A DNA stretch of 64,000 nt from Ptychomitrium polyphyllum (Eukaryota), in assembly GCA_973851085.1 (NCBI GenBank), contig OZ316776.1, positions 13,764,001-13,828,000 of the forward strand, written 5' to 3'. A program made the translations under genes and the position numbers. This document shows, piece by piece, positions 1 to 13,400 of the stretch (its first letter is position 1; each line of letters starts with the position of its first letter). The notes beneath the pieces were generated by a model. That model did not search any database. It was given only the letters and a program-made list of their open reading frames with translations, and was not told the origin of the DNA.

Positions 1-612
1 ATTCTCTCTGGTTTCTTCCCACTTCTCCTCGTGCTCCCGCTTGTGTTTCCACATCTCCCGTGTCTCCTCTTCCTCTTTCTTCACCCTACCTTCTTCTTCT
101 GAGATGCGCATGGTAAGCTTTCTGCGTCTCCACTCCTGCTCTGTCAACATCTCCCTCACGCGCATCTTCCATGTCTGCCGGAAATCGTCCGACTGCTCAA
201 ACTGATTCTCAAATTTCCCCTCGTCCACCATAGACTTAATTTTGGATGCATTATCACGTTTCAACTTCTTCCTCCTGTCCGCCCGCAACTCATCCCTGGC
301 CGCGTTAATCTGCGAGACAATATAATCCCGCTCCAACGGATCCAACAGCAATTGCTGCGCCTTGGCGAGCGCGGCGAAGGCCTCGTTCGCCCGAGGATGC
401 TTGCACTTGTCAGGATGGATGAGCAATGACAATTTGCGGTACTGCCTTCTGACGTCGTCCAGGCCCGAATCGAAGGGAAGATTGAGATGCTCGAAGGGGT
501 TCAGCTTGAAGCAGCCCAAAACCCGCAGCACCTCATTGTCGCGCTCAACATCACTGACCTCCGCAAAGAACTCCTTAAGGAGCGCGTCCTCGGAAGTGGC
601 CACGTCCACCAT
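1..612 (-). CDS. DNAJC8: J-domain protein of the DNAJC8/Spf31 family (5' part; ORF continues beyond the left window edge)
   Basis: Manual translation from ATG at 612: MVDVATSEDALLKEFFAEVSDVERDNEVLRVLGCFKLNPFEHLNLPFDSGLDDVRRQYRKLSLLIHPDKCKHPRANEAFAALAKAQQLLLD...EQEWRRRKLTMRISEEEGRVKKEEEE...WEETREN. HPD motif, NPFEHL J-domain start and charged coiled-coil tail; 204 open codons with no intron. Absent from the ORF track because it has no stop in the window. Confidence 0.92.
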   Translation of the reverse strand, partial: MVDVATSEDALLKEFFAEVSDVERDNEVLRVLGCFKLNPFEHLNLPFDSGLDDVRRQYRKLSLLIHPDKCKHPRANEAFAALAKAQQLLLDPLERDYIVSQINAARDELRADRRKKLKRDNASKIKSMVDEGKFENQFEQSDDFRQTWKMRVREMLTEQEWRRRKLTMRISEEEGRVKKEEEETREMWKHKREHEEKWEETREN

Positions 613-3600
613 GGCCGCTCCCGCCAAAAAAACACCCTAGCGATGACAAAATCGAGGAAATTGCAAAACCCTAGAAAGCAAGACTCAAGAAGGCAGGGAC
701 AGAGGCAGGGTGGCCGACGACGACGCACTCGGTTAACTTACTAGGCTTTTGGGAGTGGGAATGGGAGAAGGTGTGGAACAAGGAACATGGTGACCACAGA
801 GACAGACGAACAGAAAGAGAAGGGCGGTGTTGATCCTTGGATGGTGAACCCTAAAAACAGTGCAGTGCAGAGTAACAAATAAAAACAAAAAGCACAAACC
901 CAAGCACAGGTGTGTTGATTGATGGCACTAGTATGTATACTATGTAGTACTCTAGTGGGTTGGGAAGCCCCTCGGACTCATCCGGGGCTGCGGAAAGCCA
1001 GCGTCTTGGATGCACAGGTATGCACACGAGAGACACGAGACGAGACGAGACGAGAAGTGTCCTTCTCGTGACGACGAAGCAGACGACGACGAAGAGCAGA
1101 CAAGCACTCGAAGCTCGAGCCCCTCAGACACCAGACCCTAATGCTGCCTCGGCTTCAGCGTCCCTAAGCCAATACTACAACCCCCATTCTCGTCACTTTC
1201 ACGAATTGCACCCAGGTTGCCACTTTTATGGTTCGTTCGCACCTGCAGGTTCGAACCTCTGGTCGTAAGACCCTACCTTCTAGGATTACGAAAAGTGACA
1301 AGAACCACGTTGCACTTACAGTAAAAAAGAACTCAATTTCGGAAACAAACAAGTTTTTGCTAAAGGACAAAAAATCATTTACCATGATATGAGTAATATA
1401 AGTGCAGCCGTCTGCACTTATCCTAGAGGTACAAATCATAATGAAGATTGAGAATAATTCACAATAGCAATAGGATTTGTGATGATGTTTGCATTGTTGG
1501 GTGGATATTTGGCTACTATAAGAAATAAGAGTCAAATCAAATGGCATCTCCCCCTTTGCCAATGTTGTCTACTCATTTGGCTCTATTTTTCCACTCAATC
1601 AATTCGCCTTCTTCTATTTAAAGGTGATAAGATCATCTCTCTTTTAGAGAAAGGACACCTCAAGCTTGTAAATGCTCTTTTTTCTTCATTTTGTCCGCTT
1701 ATTTTTAAGTTTTGTATTTAAATTTTTTTTGTTGTAACTATATAAATCAAAGAGCCAGATTTGAGAAAAAATTTGGTTTTCCTTGTGATAATGGTCAAGT
1801 TTGCCAAAATGAATTTTCTTTCATGGATTAATGTGCTAGAGGTTGTTGCAACATTGTGAACAATTAAGTCTTTTAGTTTCATAAAGTTTTATCTAATTTG
1901 AGGTAAAGAAGTCATTAATGTTGGAATTCTTTGTTTTTGAAGTAAAGGATTATAGGATTGAAAAACCTCCAATTGCGTATAGGATTTGTGTTCTTGCCAT
2001 ACATGTATCAATTTTTGAAAAGAACAAATTTTTAAAATATTCTAATTTTGTTGGTATGATGGATTTTTGATGATTTTTTTAACGTCATCTTCTATTTGTA
2101 TAAGCAAGAGAGTTGCAAAAGAAATAATGTCTTTAATTTCTTGTGTTATAATTTCTTGTGTTTCTTGTGTTAGAAAAAGTGTTATAATTGAAGTGCAATG
2201 TTTTAATTGTTACAATTGAACTCTAACAATTGGATTTAAAAAATTTCTTGTGCTTCATTATTTTGGTATTGTTGTAAGGTTCTTAGGCAATTGTCTTTTT
2301 TTCTTCTATATAGCAAAGGTATTGTAGAAGATACATGCTCTAAATCAATATTGAATTTACTTTAACAAAGCATTTTTCTAATATGAGGTGGAATACTTTG
2401 ATTTTTCCAATGGAGTAGTAACAAAGGATTTTGGATGGAATTTCAAATAATAATGATGGATATTCTTTATTACTATATAAACGGATTATTTGGTGGAATT
2501 TATAGTGCTTTGCAATTTATCATATATATATTAGTAGAATTTTCTTGATATTCTTAAAGTTTCTTTTTATATAATTCTAGTAAAATTATAATATTTACCA
2601 TAATTTATGTGTCACAAGTAAATACTAAAAAAGATATTTTTCATGCAGATCCCAATTTGTCATGTAATATTTGCCAATTGGTTCCTTCATTATTTAATAA
2701 TTTAATTGGAAAATACTTAACAATTCAAACAATAGTTTTTATCATTGTACATTTCTTGAAAATCCACTCTTTGATTTGAACTAAATTTTAATTATATTCA
2801 AAATCAATTCATTAAAAAGAATACTTGAAGATAATGCAAGAGAATCTAATTGCACAAGAAAATATACAAGAGAATTCTAAAATTTGCACAAAGAGCTAAC
2901 AAATAAGACTGCATGCCATTTTTAAGACACCCCTTGTTTAATACATTTATTAAGTCTAATTATAAATATATTAGTATCCATTATCAATCTGCTTCAATTT
3001 AAAGAAATTACCAGCTTAAGCCATCCATTGGTAATAAATCCAATAACATCTCAATCAATGCAATAAGAAAATTGTCTTCTTGCTTTCTTTCTTAATTTTG
3101 AAGCAAACTACGCTTGTATTTATATTGAGTGCTAACAAAGTAAATACTCCTTTCAAAGATGCACTTCAAAAAATAATTGTAGATCTTATTGGAAGGATTG
3201 TCTTCAATTTAACATCCCTTATAAGCATTTATTATTTTAAAAACTAAAATTATGCATTCTAATTTTTTTTGGATATAAGTCTTAAATACTAACTTCAATT
3301 CAATTCAACAATATGATTTTTGTAGTGCTTGCTTCACAAATATGATGATCCTAGGTGAATAGAAACTTTAGAACATCAAAGTTGACAATTTTCCATTTTA
3401 TAAATATATTTTTATCTCATATAGATTTCCAAAATATTAAACTTTGAAAAGCAATTCCAATAATTGTTAGGATAACATGTACATTGTAAATTTTGTATTA
3501 AAATGCAAGTTCTTTTACTTGTTCAAAGTTTTATTAGATAGAAAAATTTGTTGTGTATGAATTCTTAAAGTGTGTTATTTATGAGTAAATTTTAAATTTG

Positions 3601-4599
3601 GAAACAAAATTTCATTTTCAAAAGGGTCGAAGCTCCTTATTATTATAAACAAATTCCATTTTTTTTGTGGTTTATTGCCAGTGGCCAACATTATATACAA
3701 GACACATATCAACATTTAAAAATGACTTGTAGCCATTGAATACTATTATAATTTCAAAATTGGTGGTTATAGTTTATAATGCAAATCCATGTTTGATTGT
3801 AAAAATAGGTTTTTAAATGCAAATATTGACATGTCCAAAAGTAAAGGAAAAAAATCAAGTAAGCAATAGGTGAGCAATTGCCGTGAACAATGAATACTGA
3901 GAAAAAAATGATTTCACTCTTTTCTTGAAGCTTCATTACATTTAGAATGAAAGAAACATTTATAATTATAGATGACTATAAGTTTTATAAATTTATTTTA
4001 CTTATTTTTATGGATATAGGAGTGTAAGACTGTTGTACATATCATAAATATTTGATTGCACTTATTTTCAAGCATTGATGGTCTTTAATTTTTTAATTTT
4101 ATTATCATAAATTTTTATTTGTATGATTTTTTATTCTTGTAGGTTTTCATAAATTTTTCTAATATGATTTTGGATTTTGGATTTTGGATTTTAATTTACA
4201 TTTCAACTTACATACGGAAAAAAACTTAGTATTACATCCACCAAGCATTCTTCCAAATAAACAATGTAAAATACAACGTCATTAAATTCTAAGATTTGCT
4301 TGTATGATAAAATCTAAGCATTAAGGATTTGATTCATGCATCATTTGTAATTTGCAATAATACTAAATGAAATGAAATGTAAATATATTTTTGAGTTGCT
4401 TGTAATTTACATATGTATCGAAGCTTTTAACAAAGTGCTAATTATTAGTTGTGAAGATTAGATAAGAAGTTAATATAAAAAAATGATTGATTCTAAAGTA
4501 AGGATGGATGCTAATAGGAGAATGACGTTAAAATCTATCAATAAGTTTCAAAATGTTAGATCAAAATCAAAAAGAGTCTATTGACTTAAGAAGCATTGT

Positions 4600-7500
4600 G
4601 CACTAATTAGTACGACTCACTAAAGCTAGACCATCATTGTCTTTTTGAATGAAAATAACCATGGCAATAATGGCTCATCAAATGTGGTACTCTTTGCATC
4701 TGGTTTCTATTAAACACCACCTTATTTACCTATCAAATGTTGGTAAATTGCTTCCATGTGCTGAGCGCTGTGCCATTTGGCTTCACCTAATAATTCCAAA
4801 TGTTCAAAATGGTCTATCGAAGATTGGCTAGGTAAAAAGCATTTTGTGACCGCAATGTGAAGAAAAAGGACTTCAAATTCTATAAGTAGAATGGCTTCAA
4901 TGCCATAAACTAGTGAAAAAAGAATAGCCTAAGTGGTGACTTTGAATGTGGTTCAATAGGCCCATAATGTGGTTGGAAGCTTTATTTTCCAATTTCTCTT
5001 GGAATCTACCACTCTCTTCTTTAAAATGTCTAATTCACTCTTTGTGTATGCCCGTTGATCTATGGGTGGTAAGGAAAAGTCTTCCTATGATTTATTCTAA
5101 ATTTGGAATCATTTCCTTAATCACTACTTTCAAAAAGTGTCTACCTCTATCACTAATTAAGATGCACGGACAACCAAATCTAGTAATAACTTGTTCAAAG
5201 TTGAAATTGGCCGCATTCTTGGCGTCATTGGTTTTGACCACCTTAGCTTCTATCTACTTAGTAAGATACTTTGTAGCTACTATGATGTATTTTGTACCGC
5301 TAAAGGAAGTAAGATGGACCTCTTTTATATATTCAATTCTCCGTTTTCCAAAAGGAATTAAAAATAACAAGATGTCGAGAAGTAGATTCATTCTAAGGTC
5401 ATTCTTTATATAGCATTGGCAAGCATTGCACCTTTTTGCATAAGCATGTGCATTTTGAAATAATGTGGGGTAGCAATAGCTCGTCTTTAAGATCTTTTAG
5501 CCTGTAAATTGCAGCCAAGCAGTGACAAAAAAAGTTGCAGCTGTCACGGACATAAATCATGCAACATAGTCTTTAGAACATTCTAGAACCTTCTAGTATA
5601 CTATAATAGCTTCTTAGAATACTTTTAGATGTCTCCATAGCCTTTTTCTGTTTTTAGGAAGCTTCTTAAGAAAGTTCCTCCATCTTAGGAAACTTCCTAA
5701 GAAGGTTCTATCATCTTAGGTTATTTCCTAGGAAACTTCATAGGAAGGTTCCATCACCTTAGGAAACTTCCTAGGAAGGTTCTACCTCTTTAGGAAACTT
5801 CCTAAGAAGCTTCCGCTACCTTAGGAAACTTCCAAGGAAGGTTCCAACTCCTTGGAAGCTTCTTAGGAAGGTTCCAACATCTTAGAAAACTTCTTGGGAA
5901 GGTTCCTTAGACTTCCAGAACATTCTTAAGCCTTGTAGGAAGCTTCTTTAGAAGTATTCTAGGAGATACAAACGTCCTAGTATAAATAAGAGGCAAGACA
6001 AGGTATTCCTTAGTCTTGCCAATACAAGTTGTGGATCATCTTGAATCCTGCCTTGTTCTAGTCTTTGTATCAAAGTTCCTTGTTAATCATTAGCTCTTTG
6101 GAAGCTAATTCTTGGGAAACACTTTGTTTCTGATTCTTGTTTCTTGTGTTCCTAACAGCAGCCACAAGTACTATTATGACAAGCCACTAAGTTGTTTGGA
6201 ATTTCAAGCACATTTAGACACCATGGTAAAACACCATCTACTCTCTTATGATAGAGTCTACCTTCTATCAATGCAAAATGCTTGCTATTAATGCAAATTT
6301 TTTTTTTCTTGTTTTTAGACAAGATTAAGGGCATTTGTTGGATAGTTAAGAAGTTTGGAATGTGAGTACACCAAAAAAGACTTGTAGAAACAAAATACAA
6401 GCTCTCCATTGGAATTTCATCATTGATGGGATGTAAGATTAATTTTGTAGACAATCTAAATAAGTAGTCCACCTGCTTGTGCATCTTGCCAGGCTTGTAT
6501 TCTACAATATAATCAAATTTCTCAAGTTAAAGGACCTATTGGGCAAGCCGGCCACTTAATTTTGGCTTATTGACCAAGTACTTAATGGCCATATAATCCA
6601 CAAAAATTACTACTTGGTTCATCAAGAGATAATGGCAGTACTTCGTGACAAAGAAGACCATAGCTAGACACTCTGCTCCATAGTAGTATAGTTCCTTTCT
6701 TTTACATTCAATTTCTTATTAGCTAATGCAACAAGCATTTTTTTTCCATCTGGGCTTGTGGATTGACATAAAGTGCTACCAATTGCAACAATTGATGCAC
6801 CACAATAGATATGGAATGGTAGGCTTCGATTAGGAGGTCTCATTACAAGATAAGCTGCTAATTGCTTTTTAAAGGTATAAAAAGCCATCTTGCATTCAAA
6901 GGTCCATTCAAACTTAACAACCTTCCTGGTAAGATTGGTAAGAGGGATGGAGGTGATAGCATAATCTACCATGATGTCTCTATACCAATCTATATGGCCT
7001 AAAGCTCCTTCCATGCCCTTGGCATTAATTGGTGGACTCAATTTGGTGATCAATTCTACTTTTTCAAAGTCTTGTTCCTTGCCTTTTGCAAAAATTACAT
7101 ATCTCAATAAAACACCTCAAGTTATTGCTACGTATAATAACTCAAGATTTAGCGCAATCCCAATAAGACACCTTAATTCATTGTTAAGTATAACTTCTGA
7201 GGATTTAGAGCAATTCTTGTTAATTTACAGTGCATAAAACTCTCTTTAATTGCATCCAAGTGCTCACTATTAGATGATTGGGTGCTAAAGTTGTCAATGA
7301 ATGGTGCTAAGGTTTTATGTAATAAGTTTGAAAAAGCATGAGAAATGGATCTTTAAAAAGCACCTAGTGCATTACAAAGCCTAAAAGGCATCACAATTTA
7401 AATGAGGGTTATCCAAAGAGTTGTAAATGCAGTCTTGTGATAATCCTCAAGGGCTAAAATGGTATTTAGATGATTGTGTGCTAAAGTGGCCATCATTTTG

Positions 7501-9862
7501 CCATTCATACAAGCTAAGGCCTAGGCATTTCAAAGGAAAATCCTTAATTTCTAATAAATGTGTTAAAGCATATGAATTAGTTACGTACAGACTCATTTTT
7601 TTTGGCACATTAGCTTTAATTATCTGGGCATTTCATTGTTTAAAGAATAAGCTCCATTTTGCCTTGGATTGTGGGCACTAGGTTGGATGCGTATCTTAAT
7701 AAGATTGTAAGGAGGTCCATATACAATGTATAGTCTATCATCTCTACAATCTACTTTTGTATTGGCTACTTTCAATCAACGCCTATCAAAGAAAAGCAAA
7801 TATAATTCCTTGTTGGAATGCATTTATATGATATGGAATGTAAGGAGATAATCCTCTCCTCTAGTAGTCATCTTATAATCTTTGATTTAGCTCAAGGGTG
7901 CCTTAGGGCTCTAATTGGCCATATTAATTACAAACGGTGATGATTCTATGATTTCCAAGCCTAGCCTCTCTATAATTTGCAAAAGCATAATATTCAATCC
8001 ACTTTTTTCATCTATCAAAACCTTAGGTAAGATCTTATCCACAATTGACACTCAAGTCAAAGATCTAACATTGACTAGCTTATTGTTAATATGGATCCTT
8101 GCTACCACCCTAGTTCTTGGTTTTTTGCGGCGATTGGTTGGTATTCCAGCCTTAAGGAGTTTTCTTGTTACAAGTGATATTTCCAACAATTGGGCTATGG
8201 AAATGTCAGCCTACACATCTCCCAAATTAACCCATACATCATAAGACATTACTGAAGATTTTATTTGGCATTTAGGCTGTTCCATCTAATCTCTTTCAAG
8301 GATTCTTGGTTCTTCCAAAGTTCTATTTTGTGGTTCTACTACATGCTTGTCTTCAAAACCTCCCTTTTGAAAGGACATATTATTGGCCATTGGCTCAAAT
8401 TCAAAGAATTCTTTATCCTTGGTTCTAGTGGCCTTCATGGCTTCTCTAGTCACTTCTTCTAATTCTAATAAGTGTAATGGATTATCTGTGGTAGTCTCCT
8501 CTTTTTCTACTACAGGTGGCAATTGGGCATTTCTGGACCTAGTCATAGTAACTAAGGCTGATACTACAGTAGATTGTTGCAATTTAGAAAGAGTCTAAGT
8601 ATATGTGATCAAGTTTAACTAAAGGAAGGTTGGATGAATTAAGGCTGCTAACATTGCTGCTTAAGTTCCTACCAATTTACTACTAGATTGTCTTGCAAAT
8701 CTCACATCTCAAAAACCTTAGTTCATGTGAGGGTGGCTTTTAAGACCTTTACTAATAATTTGATTGGAATTTAGAGGGTAGAAGCTTGTACTAATTTGAA
8801 GTGCCCCTTGTGGATGTTGATTCTACTTATGATTATCATAATCACAATAAAGGTTTGAAGGTCGTAAGGTATTATCATAAAAAAAGTCTCTAGTATCTCT
8901 ACAATTGTCATAGGCTTATTGACCATAGTTGCTTGTAGGTGGTTGCATAGGCACTATTCTATTAGACCTTTCACATATATTAATGGGATGATTACCACCA
9001 CACTTTTCACAAACCTTTTGATTTTCTATCCAACATTGTCTAGGTAGATGGTGCCTACCATAAAAAGCATGGAACTCAAAAAGCTATTTATATTAATTTC
9101 CAATTCCTTTATTAGTTCTTTGATAATTTTGTTGTCCTTGGTTCTGTCCTTGATAATTTTGGATTCTATGGAAGGATTGAAATCTTTGCTAATTTTATAA
9201 TGGCATGGCATTGCAAAATTATGCACGGTGCCTTCCTTGCCTATAAGCATTGCATTACATTTCCAAAGTATCCCTTCTAGATTCAATTGGAAGTGGAAGA
9301 AGGCTTGAATTTAGATTTTTAGCTAATTCTACCATTTGATCTGTTAAGATTTAAAATTGTTTCATGATATCATTTTTGAAGCCTTATTGACTAACTTGTA
9401 GCTTTTGTTTCATTATTTCTAGTCTAACATCCTTTGCTAGTGAAGCCAAGGCATAAACAAGATGGGGTGGCTTCATTTGCCAAAAATGTAGGATAAATCT
9501 CCTCTCTAGTGTCTATTGGAACAATTTGTGTAGGCTACGGAATTAGCGCCAAAGAACTAAGTTTCTCTTCTTTGGGCCGGAGAAGAATGAATGGAGGGAT
9601 GGATTCATCTTCCTTGTCCATAGCCTTTTATATTCCCTCTCCTTTTCTTCTACATCCCTAGTGGATTGGTTGACTAAATCTAAAGATGGAGGATGTCTGT
9701 CCAAAATGCTTCTAATGATGGAACTCTTGCACAAGCCCTAAATGAAGAATTGCCACAATGTGTCATATTCAACATCCTTCCTACAAACCTAGTACATACC
9801 AATTCAAATTTTTGGATGTTTGAGGAAATATCCTCCAGTTTGTCTTGCCTCATTACATCTAA
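4600..9862 (-). mobile_element. Element A: degenerate non-chromovirus (Tat/Athila-like) Ty3/Gypsy gag-pol remnant, left part
   Basis: Fragmented minus-strand motifs: integrase (FSLVYGIEAI near 4900; HHCC CHNSTC...AKRCNACQ), RNase H (PFHIYCGASIVAIGSTL), RT (TAFTT...VMPFRLCNA...PFIDNF), protease (VLIDEKSGLNIM), gag (RQDKLEDISSNIQKFE). Many stops and frameshifts; left boundary approximate. Confidence 0.8.
5542..6157 (+). mobile_element. Solo LTR of the RLG1-like chromovirus family, inserted in the integrase of element A
   Basis: TGTCACGGACAT...CCTAACA, homologous to the LTRs at 15067 and 21108; perfect 5-bp TSD GCAGC (5537-5541 and 6158-6162). Confidence 0.95.
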
Positions 9863-10415
9863 TGTTATGGACATAATAACCACAAGACAAGGCTCCAAGA
9901 TTCTAAGATGTGGAACAAGATAAGTCCAAGTATATTAGAAGTAAAGAGCTACAACAAGGTACAAAAGATAAGGCCAGAAGGTCTGAAGTAGACCACAAGA
10001 AGTGCATTGTCGAGACCAAAGAGCTTTTCAGCCTCAACTTCTATATATACTAAAAGTACAAGCCTTGGAAGCTTTTTGAGAAGCTTCACCTACATTGCTT
10101 CAAAGTCAAGCAACCTTGAGTTGCTTCGTTGGAAGTTCCTTAGGTTGAAGTAACTTCCTTAGAAGCTTTCTCAATCGAGGCAATTTCCTTGGAAGCTTCC
10201 TAATTCAAAGGTAACTTCTTTAGAAGCTTTCTAAGTCAAGGAAACTTCCTTGGAAGCTTCTTAACCCAAAATTATCTTCCTTGGAAGATTTTTTTAAATC
10301 CACGGTAACTTCTTTGGAAGTTTTGTAAGTATGAAACTTCTATGAAACTTCCTTGAAAACTTTCTAAATCTTCTCAGAACCTTTCTAGATGCTTCTAATA
10401 AGTATGTCCGTAACA
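9863..10415 (-). repeat. 3' LTR of element B
   Basis: Minus strand TGTTACGGACATAC...ATGTCCATAACA; preceded by PPT AAAAAGGGAGG; contains TATATATA and GGAAGCTTCC-type repeats; matches 22170-22522. Confidence 0.85.
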
Positions 10416-13400
10416 ATACCTCCCTTTTTAGCTCCAAGGTCTCTAAGGAAGAACAAATACTCAAAGTCGTAAGAAGCCAAAAATTTGTTGCATAATATCT
10501 GCAACATACTCCAATTCTCTTTTTTGATTCATATGGTTTATAGATTCCTATAACCATCAATAGTGTCCAAAGTCTTCTACTTGGAACCAAGCATGAACTT
10601 TTGTATCTTCATTGTGAAAACATCCTTCAAGAAGAGCTTCTAAATAACTTTTGTAAGTCGCCTCCACTTCAAAAACAATCACCAATAACCTATTGTTGGG
10701 TATCCTTGGTCCTCTTCTTCATCCAATTTGTTCTTCATCACAAGGTCGTTTATAAGAGCCACTTGGTTGGTTGACACTACTAGCATGGTATCTAAATCTT
10801 GAGTGTCTATATCTAATATATTGAGCTCGTCTCAAAAAACTATGACAAACTTCAAAATACAAATGACTATTTTCTAAATCATATCTTGGGCTTTGGAAAC
10901 TTATGATTTAGAAATTTTCTTTCTCTCCTACTTAAAAGTCCAAGCATCAAGAGCCTTCAAGATTATGTAGCCTTACCAAGCAACCGTTCCACCTATTGCT
11001 ACTTTTACTTTGAATGGATGTTGTCGATGGAACTCACGAGCTTTTATTGGTGAATTGGCAAGGTTGTTAGCAAGCTCCCATGTACATTCACTAGTATCAT
11101 ATCCGTGCCAATGTACCAAGTATTCTAGCTTTTCACGTCTTATCTGTGAGTCCAGCACTTCTTCTAATTCAAATTCATTATGATCGTCGATTTCGATCAC
11201 AAGTATTAGTAGCTGCCTTCATCCAAGGATACTTGACTTGTTATAAGTCTCCAAAAATGAAACGTGGAAGACTTAATGTACCTTCATTGATGTTGGTAGT
11301 TCCAAATGATATGCCACATCGTTGACTTGTTTTTTTATTGCAAATGGTCCCAATCTGCAATAGTCTAGCTTGTCACATGGTCTATTGGTCTTTATATTGC
11401 ATTGAAGGAGCCATGCCTTCTCATCAACTTAAAATGGAGGTTGTTCCTTCCTTGTTGCATCTGCTGCCGTTTTGTATTGTTCCCGAGCTTCTTTTAGTTG
11501 AGTCTTCATGGTTATTTAAAGCTCTGCCATTCTTTTGGCAAATTCCTTTGCTGCTAGATTTTCAAATCATAGAAGCTCTAACCTATCCATTTTTGGATGA
11601 TGGCCATAGTTGAAGTTGAATGGCGTTTATTGGATGGAAGCATGAGCGGTATTGTTGTAAACAAATTCAGCCAATGTTAAGTAGGAAGTCTAATCATCTT
11701 ATTAATAATTGTTGCTATACATCAAATATTGCTCCAAGATCTAGTTGACTTGCTCTATTTGGCCATCGGTTTGAGGATGGATGGCAGAAAATATTTTAAT
11801 GTCCACTTCAAGGATTACAAAGTGCGACTTCTAAAATCTTGATATAAACTGTGGTCCACAATTCAATATAATATTGTCGAGTAATCCATGGTAGCAGTAT
11901 ACATTATCCATGAAGAGTGTGATAGTCTGTTCATCCGTAATGGTCTTCTTGCAAGGTACAAAATATACCATTTTGATCAACCGGTCTACCACAACAAAGA
12001 TGGTATCAAAAAAATTTGACGGTGGAAGATTAATAATGAAATCTATTGAAACAAATGACCATAGTTGCTTTAGAATAGGCAGTGATTTGAGAAGTCCATA
12101 TGGATGATGTTGAGGGTTCTTCGACCAATAGTAAGTACGAGAGTACAAATTTCTTAATGGCCTTTCACATTTAAGGCCACCAAAAGTCAAGAGAGAGGAG
12201 TTCTGAAGTTTTGTTGAATCCAAAATGCCCAGCCACAAGAAAGTCATGATGTGTTTGAAGTACACAAAGGCGGATTGATTCTTTAGGACTATATTGACGT
12301 TCTTCAATGTATAGAAGGTTGTCTTCTAATTTGAACCTAGAAACATCTTCAAAGAGGTTGTTGCAGAAACGCTTGATATTAAGAATAAGAGGGTCCTTAA
12401 TAGATGCTACATGCACCTGATCAAAGAACAATGAATCTACCGTCTGATTGTGCGTATACAAAACCGTTTGAGTTTCAATAAAATTGCTGTTTGTTGATTG
12501 TGTGCTGCTTCTCCTTCCTTTGGCACAAAATATGATTGCCTTGATAAAGCATCTAATAACCCTTGCTGCTTTTTGGGTCAATATGTGATGTAATAATGAA
12601 ATTGAAATACAGACATACTCCAACAAGTTTGGTAGCAATTCAAAACACGAACTAATATAAAATATTTCAAGTTCTAAATATACAATAACAAGATGCGCAA
12701 CACCCTTGAATAAGTGATGCCATTTTTGGAAGGAATCCACAATTGCAAGGAGTTCCTGATCGTGGATCTTGAAGTTAATTTTTGCAGCTAAAATTTTTAT
12801 AGAATGGAATGCAATTGGATGGAGTCTCTTTTCTTTCTCCATTTATGACAAAACTGCTCCTAGTATAAAGTTGAAAGTATTTGTCTCAAGATAAAATTGC
12901 TTCAAAAAGTTCAAATGGATTAGAATCGGAGTTGTGGAAAAAACTTGCTTTAAACTTTGGAATGCGTCCTTAGCATCGGATCCCAACTCAAGCCTTTTTT
13001 TGCATGTTAGTTGTGTGAATGGTGTAGCTGTTTGGAAATAGTCCTTGATGAAGATCTCATAAAGGTTTGCAAATCCAAGGAAACATTGTGTATTATGTAT
13101 CGATTTTGGCCTCATCCAATTGCTAACTGCTTTGACCTTCTTTGAATCCATCAATAGTTCTTTGCTGAAGATGTTATAATTAAGGAATTCCACTTGAGAT
13201 TTGTAAAATACACATTTCTCCAGCTTGGCATACAAACCGGCATCTCATGATTTATTTAAAGAATTTAGAGGAAAATAAATGACATATCCACATAGTTCTA
13301 CAAAAACTAAGATATCATTCAAATAGCATATGACAAAATCATTGAGGCACTCCCAAAATATGTCATTCATCAAGTGTTGAAAAATGGCGGGTGCATTGGT

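Noticed and set aside
362..744. Plus-strand ORFs 362-640 and 487-744
   Set aside because: Antisense shadows of the DNAJC8 CDS and its leader.
5650..5960. CRISPR-like array of palindromic repeats
   Set aside because: Degenerate tandem units without unique spacers, inside an LTR; eukaryotic context and no cas genes.
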